From contig CACWVU010000001.1 of NCBI GenBank assembly GCA_902764415.1, forward strand, positions 67,395 to 131,394: a stretch of DNA of 64,000 bases. Reading direction: 5' to 3'. This DNA is from an uncultured bacterium. GTDB lineage: Bacteria; Verrucomicrobiota; Kiritimatiellia; RFP12; UBA1067. This document shows positions 59,986 to 64,000 of this stretch, one piece after another. A program made the position numbers and the translations under genes. The stretch's first letter is position 1. Every line of letters starts with the position of its first letter. The notes beneath the pieces are model-generated. The model saw only the letters and a program-made list of their open reading frames with translations. It was not told the origin of the DNA and searched no databases.

Positions 59986-61356
59986 ATGAAGCAGACCAGG
60001 AGATCGTTCCTCAAGGGTGCGGCGGCGATCGGCGCGTTCAACCTCGTGCCGGCGAAGGTGCTGTGGGGGGCGGACGCGCCGTCCAACCAGCTCACCCGCG
60101 CGCTCATCGGCTTCGGCAGCATCGCGCACAGCGAGAACCACCTGCCGTTCAAGGGCTCGCGCCTCGTGGGCCTCTGCGACCCCGACCAGCTGCGCGTCGC
60201 GGAGGGCCTCGAGGCCGCTGAGAAGAACGGCTGGGGCAAGGTCAAGGCGTACAAGGACTTCCTCGAGCTCCTCGCCGACCCGGGCGTGGACATCGTCCAC
60301 ATCTGCACCCCGCCGCACTGGCACGGCGTGCAGTCGCTGATGGCCGCGCGCGCCGGCAAGGACATCTGGTGCGAAAAGCCGATGACCCGCACCGTCGGCG
60401 AGGGCAAGCGGGTGATGGACTACGTGAAGGCCAAGGGGCGGATGTTCCGCCTCAACACCTGGTTCCGCTTCCAGGGCGGCTTCTACGGCTTCGGCACCAC
60501 GGTGAAGCCGATCCGCCAGGTGGTCGAGGGCGGCGTCCTCGGCAAGGGCCCGCTCAGGTGCGTCTTCGGCGCGGGGCAGGGCTTCAGCTGGAAGTTCTAC
60601 TGGTCCGGCAAGGTCAACCTCGACCCGGAGCCGTGCCCCAAGACCTTCGACTGGGACATGTGGCTCGGCCCGGCGCCGTGGAAGCCCTACAACAAGCACC
60701 GCACCCACGGCACCTTCCGCGGCTACTGGGACTACGACTCCGGCGGGCTCGGCGACATGGCCCAGCACTACCTCGACCCACTCCAGTACCTGCTGTGCAA
60801 GGACGAGACGAGCCCGGTGAAGGTCGACTACGTCGGCCCGAAGCAGCATCCGGACGTGGTCGGCCGTTTCGACCGCATCACCCTCACCTACGCCGACGGC
60901 ACCGAGGTGATCCTCGACGGCGACGAGTCGCTCAAGGACGAGCCGCTCTTGCGCGGCGCGAACGGGGTGACGGTGTGGCCGGTCGGCAAGCTCGACGGCA
61001 AGGTGATCAACGGCGGCTGGACGAACGAGGACGTGGCGAAGACGCAGTTCTTCGGCATGCTCGACGCGAACGGCGTGAAGATCGACGTCCCCTCGCTCCT
61101 CAAGTCGCTGCCCGAGCCCGCGGCGCAGCAGACCGACTTCATCGACAGCGTGCGCACGCGCCGGAAGTTCTGCCTCAACGAGGAGACCGGCTTCCGCAGC
61201 TGCACCATGTTCAACCTCGCGATCGCCGCCGAGCGCCTCGGCCGCGGCTTCGAGTTCGACCCGGTGAAGCTGGTGGCGAAGGGCGACGAGGCGGCCAACC
61301 GCTTCCTCTACCAGGAGATGCGCGAGCCATGGGCGAGCGAGTTCGCCCGCGACTAA
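59986..61356 (+). CDS. Tat-exported Gfo/Idh/MocA oxidoreductase
   Basis: TRRSFLK twin-arginine signal; TPPHWH, CEKPM, DWDMWLGPAP and GDMAQH motifs. Confidence 0.9.
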   Translation: MKQTRRSFLKGAAAIGAFNLVPAKVLWGADAPSNQLTRALIGFGSIAHSENHLPFKGSRLVGLCDPDQLRVAEGLEAAEKNGWGKVKAYKDFLELLADPGVDIVHICTPPHWHGVQSLMAARAGKDIWCEKPMTRTVGEGKRVMDYVKAKGRMFRLNTWFRFQGGFYGFGTTVKPIRQVVEGGVLGKGPLRCVFGAGQGFSWKFYWSGKVNLDPEPCPKTFDWDMWLGPAPWKPYNKHRTHGTFRGYWDYDSGGLGDMAQHYLDPLQYLLCKDETSPVKVDYVGPKQHPDVVGRFDRITLTYADGTEVILDGDESLKDEPLLRGANGVTVWPVGKLDGKVINGGWTNEDVAKTQFFGMLDANGVKIDVPSLLKSLPEPAAQQTDFIDSVRTRRKFCLNEETGFRSCTMFNLAIAAERLGRGFEFDPVKLVAKGDEAANRFLYQEMREPWASEFARD

Positions 61357-61375
61357 GGGAAAGGAGTAGCAGACG

Positions 61376-61921
61376 ATGAATCTGAAGACAGCATTTGCGG
61401 TCCTCGCCGCGGCCTTCGCCGCGGCCGCGCTCGAGGCCAAGGACCAGTACGACATCCGCCCCGGCGAGAGCTCGTCCGCGGCGCTTACCGCCGTCGAATG
61501 GCAGGCGACGAACGCAACCCGGCTCGCCGCGGCGACCACCACCGAGGCGCTCGCCGCGCACGTCGCGACCGCCGAGGCCGCCGCCGCGCTGCTCGAGAAG
61601 GTGAAGGGCGCCTACCACACCGATCCGCTCGACGCCCACGTGATTGGCGCCGTCAGCCAGTACGTGATGACCCTCAAGGGCGGCTTCAGCCTCGCCTTCT
61701 GGAAGACGTCCGTCGCGCCGGAGCGCGAGCTCTGGTCCGCCGCGCTCCTGAAGCGGGCAGAAGACGCGTCCGACGCGTACGTGCAGCAGTTCTGCATAGA
61801 CCAGCTGCGCTGGTGCGGACTCAAGTGCCAGGCCGCGGCGATCGCGGCAATCGGCGAGAAGTCGTCCGACAAGGGCGTCAAGGACCTCGCCTACATCGCC
61901 TCAAAGGAGCTTTCCAGGTAG
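61376..61921 (+). CDS. Secreted helical (HEAT-like) hypothetical protein
   Basis: SD AAGGAG, signal peptide and a helical C-terminus (YVQQFCIDQLRWCG). Confidence 0.6.
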   Translation: MNLKTAFAVLAAAFAAAALEAKDQYDIRPGESSSAALTAVEWQATNATRLAAATTTEALAAHVATAEAAAALLEKVKGAYHTDPLDAHVIGAVSQYVMTLKGGFSLAFWKTSVAPERELWSAALLKRAEDASDAYVQQFCIDQLRWCGLKCQAAAIAAIGEKSSDKGVKDLAYIASKELSR

Positions 61922-61922
61922 G

Positions 61923-62903
61923 ATGCGCGTAGTCTTCATGGGTTCTTCGCCGGCCTCGGTCGAGTGCCTTCGCGCCATCCTGCGCGAACCGGAGCTCGAA
62001 GTGGTCGGCGTCGTCACCCAGCCGGACCGCCCCGCCGGGCGCGGCAAGGCGCTCACGCCGAGCGCGGTGGCGCGCTTCGCGGCGGAGCACGGCATCGCCG
62101 ACATCCTCAAGCCGGACCGCGTCAACGACCCGGAGCCGATGGCGTGGCTGCGCGAGCGGCGGCCGGACGTGATCGCGGTCGTCGCCTACGGCCAGATCCT
62201 CAAGCAGCCGCTCCTCGACCTGCCGCTCTTCGGCTGCGTCAACTGCCACTTCTCGCTGCTCCCCAAGTACCGTGGCGCGGCGCCGGTGGTGGCCGCGCTC
62301 GAGGCGGGCGAGCGCCTGACCGGGGTGACGGTGATGCACATGGGTCCGGGGCTGGACGACGGGCCGATCATGCTCCAGAGTTTCGAGCCGATCTACCCCG
62401 ACACCACCGGCGGCGCGCTGATGAACGACCTCGCCATCGCCGGCGGCTGCGCGCTCGCCAAGGCGCTGAGGCTCATGAACCGCAACGCGCTGCCGCCGGA
62501 GGTGCCGCAGGACGACGCGGCCGCGACGTTCGTGAAGAAGCTCAAGAAGACCGACGGGCTCATCGACTGGGACCGGCCGGTGATCGTGACCGAGCGGAAG
62601 ATCAGGGCCTACAACCCCTGGCCCGGCTCGTACACGTTCCTGCCCGAGCGCTTCCGCCGCAAGGGCAACACCGGGCGACTGGTGGTGCTGCGCTCGAAAA
62701 TAGTCCGGCTCGAGCCCGGCTGGGAGGCATACGCCCCCGGGACGGTGCTCAAGGTCGGCAAGGAGGGGCCGGTGGTCAGGTGCCACGACACCGCGCTCCT
62801 GCTCTCGGAGGTGAAGCCAGAGGGCGCGGCGGCGATGGACGGCGGCGCGTTCGTGCGGGGCCGTCCGCTCAGGCCGTTCGAGGACGTCCTGCTCGACGCT
62901 TAA
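61923..62903 (+). CDS. fmt: Methionyl-tRNA formyltransferase
   Basis: VVFMGS, VVTQPDRPAGRG, VAYGQIL, NCHFSLLPKYRGAAP, LDDGP and IRAYNPWP motifs. Confidence 0.96.
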   Translation: MRVVFMGSSPASVECLRAILREPELEVVGVVTQPDRPAGRGKALTPSAVARFAAEHGIADILKPDRVNDPEPMAWLRERRPDVIAVVAYGQILKQPLLDLPLFGCVNCHFSLLPKYRGAAPVVAALEAGERLTGVTVMHMGPGLDDGPIMLQSFEPIYPDTTGGALMNDLAIAGGCALAKALRLMNRNALPPEVPQDDAAATFVKKLKKTDGLIDWDRPVIVTERKIRAYNPWPGSYTFLPERFRRKGNTGRLVVLRSKIVRLEPGWEAYAPGTVLKVGKEGPVVRCHDTALLLSEVKPEGAAAMDGGAFVRGRPLRPFEDVLLDA

Positions 62904-62933
62904 GGCCGGAACAATTTCAAGGAGGAATATCGC

Positions 62934-64000
62934 GTGAAGAGACTCAACGAAATCGAATGGGAGAAGTTCGAGGCGCTTTCGCTCGAGGAGAAGCGTCCGT
63001 ACCTCGAGCGCGTGGAGGGCGACGGCATGCCGTACCACACGCTGTTCGCGCAGCAGTTCGACCGACCTGTCCTCGAGCGGCTCTGCGCGCTCGCCAACCG
63101 CATCCGCTTCATCAACAAGTCGAAGGAGGGCGCGCTCTACCTGAAGGGGGTGCTGGCGCACAAGCGGGCTATGCTCTACTTCTCGCAGCCGTCGTCGCGC
63201 ACGTTCCTCTCCCACCTCGCCGCCTGCCAGATCCTCGGCATCACCACCGGCTCGGTCAGGGACGCGGCGACGTCCTCGGAGTTCAAGGGCGAGTCGCGGG
63301 AGGATTCGGTGAGGACATTCTCCTCCTACTTCGACATGATCATCATGCGCTCGCCGGAGCAGGGCCTGGCGGAGCGGATGGCGTGGGAGCTCTCCAACTC
63401 CTCGCGGTCGATCCCGATCATCAACGCCGGCTCTGGCAAGGACCAGCACCCGACCCAGGCGCTGCTGGACATCTACACGCTGATGCGCTCCTTCGAGGAG
63501 AAGGGCGGGCTGGACGGCCGCACCGTGGTCTTCTGCGGCGACCTCATGCGCGGCCGCACGGTGCGCTCGCTCTCCTACCTGCTCACCGACTTCCGCAACG
63601 TCCGCCAGGTGTTCGTCGCCCCGCAGGAGCTGCAGGTCCCGGCCGACGTGGTGATGATCCTCGCGCGCCGCGGCATCGACTTCGAGGTGACCGACAACCT
63701 GCGCGAGTCGGTGAAGTCGGCGGACGCGGTGTACATGACGCGCATCCAGGACGAGTGGGACTCGTCCAAGGGAGCCTCGGCGCGCATCGACACCTCGCGC
63801 TTCAAGTTCGGCGCCGAGGAGCTCAAGCTCCTCAAGCCGGACGGCTGCCTCCTTCATCCGCTGCCGCGGCGGGACGAGATCGCCGTCTGCTGCGACCGCG
63901 ACCCGCGCGCGATGTACTGGCGCCAGATGCGCAACGGCATGTGGATCCGCGCCGCGCTCATTGCCGCCACCTTCGGCTTCGAGAAGGACATCATGTCCTG
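62934..64000 (+). CDS. pyrB: Aspartate carbamoyltransferase catalytic subunit, 3'-truncated by the window edge (missing from the ORF track)
   Basis: SD AAGGAGG plus GTG; FSQPSSRTFLS, SSEFKGES, INAGSGKDQHPTQALLD, GDL..GRTVRSL, YMTRIQDE and HPLPR motifs. Confidence 0.88.
   Translation, partial: MKRLNEIEWEKFEALSLEEKRPYLERVEGDGMPYHTLFAQQFDRPVLERLCALANRIRFINKSKEGALYLKGVLAHKRAMLYFSQPSSRTFLSHLAACQILGITTGSVRDAATSSEFKGESREDSVRTFSSYFDMIIMRSPEQGLAERMAWELSNSSRSIPIINAGSGKDQHPTQALLDIYTLMRSFEEKGGLDGRTVVFCGDLMRGRTVRSLSYLLTDFRNVRQVFVAPQELQVPADVVMILARRGIDFEVTDNLRESVKSADAVYMTRIQDEWDSSKGASARIDTSRFKFGAEELKLLKPDGCLLHPLPRRDEIAVCCDRDPRAMYWRQMRNGMWIRAALIAATFGFEKDIMS

Noticed and set aside
63180-63210. SSRT instead of STRT in the carbamoyltransferase, suggesting a different substrate
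   Set aside because: The remaining ATCase-specific motifs (KGES, HPTQ, GDL..GRT, RIQ, HPLPR) are intact; the change is conservative.

Overview
A GC-rich bacterial chromosomal window made almost entirely of + strand housekeeping operons; aspS is the only supported - strand gene. It covers translation (infA, aspS, alaS, cysS, fmt, tadA, dus, 3 tRNAs), replication and repair (dnaE, ruvA, recJ, nfo, nrdD/nrdG), envelope functions (murA, lspA, GT4, GT2, DUF2723, a GspL/M/D-like secretin cluster) and sugar metabolism (fkp-like, tkt, rhaA, uxuA, a GH-A lipoprotein, a tandem esterase). The gene content suggests an anaerobic, glycan-degrading PVC-superphylum organism, possibly Kiritimatiellia (inference only). 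The most interesting signals are intergenic. (1) A 714-bp lower-GC unit (34770-35483) carries only a GxxExxY PD-(D/E)XK-type nuclease gene. It is bounded by ~90-bp imperfect inverted ends that each fold into the same hairpin with compensatory changes, and by a GTT direct repeat. Removing it restores a GTGA-coupled lipoprotein-tex junction, so it is a candidate transposase-free, nuclease-associated mobile element. (2) A 322-bp MITE with an 8-bp target duplication has a sibling core 7 kb away. (3) Short 7/8/9-mer tandem arrays and a REP-like motif sit directly against a recurrent TGnTATAAT promoter, and six such promoters lie 8-10 nt before an ATG with no Shine-Dalgarno (leaderless-type). All calls were made by eye; no database searches were run.
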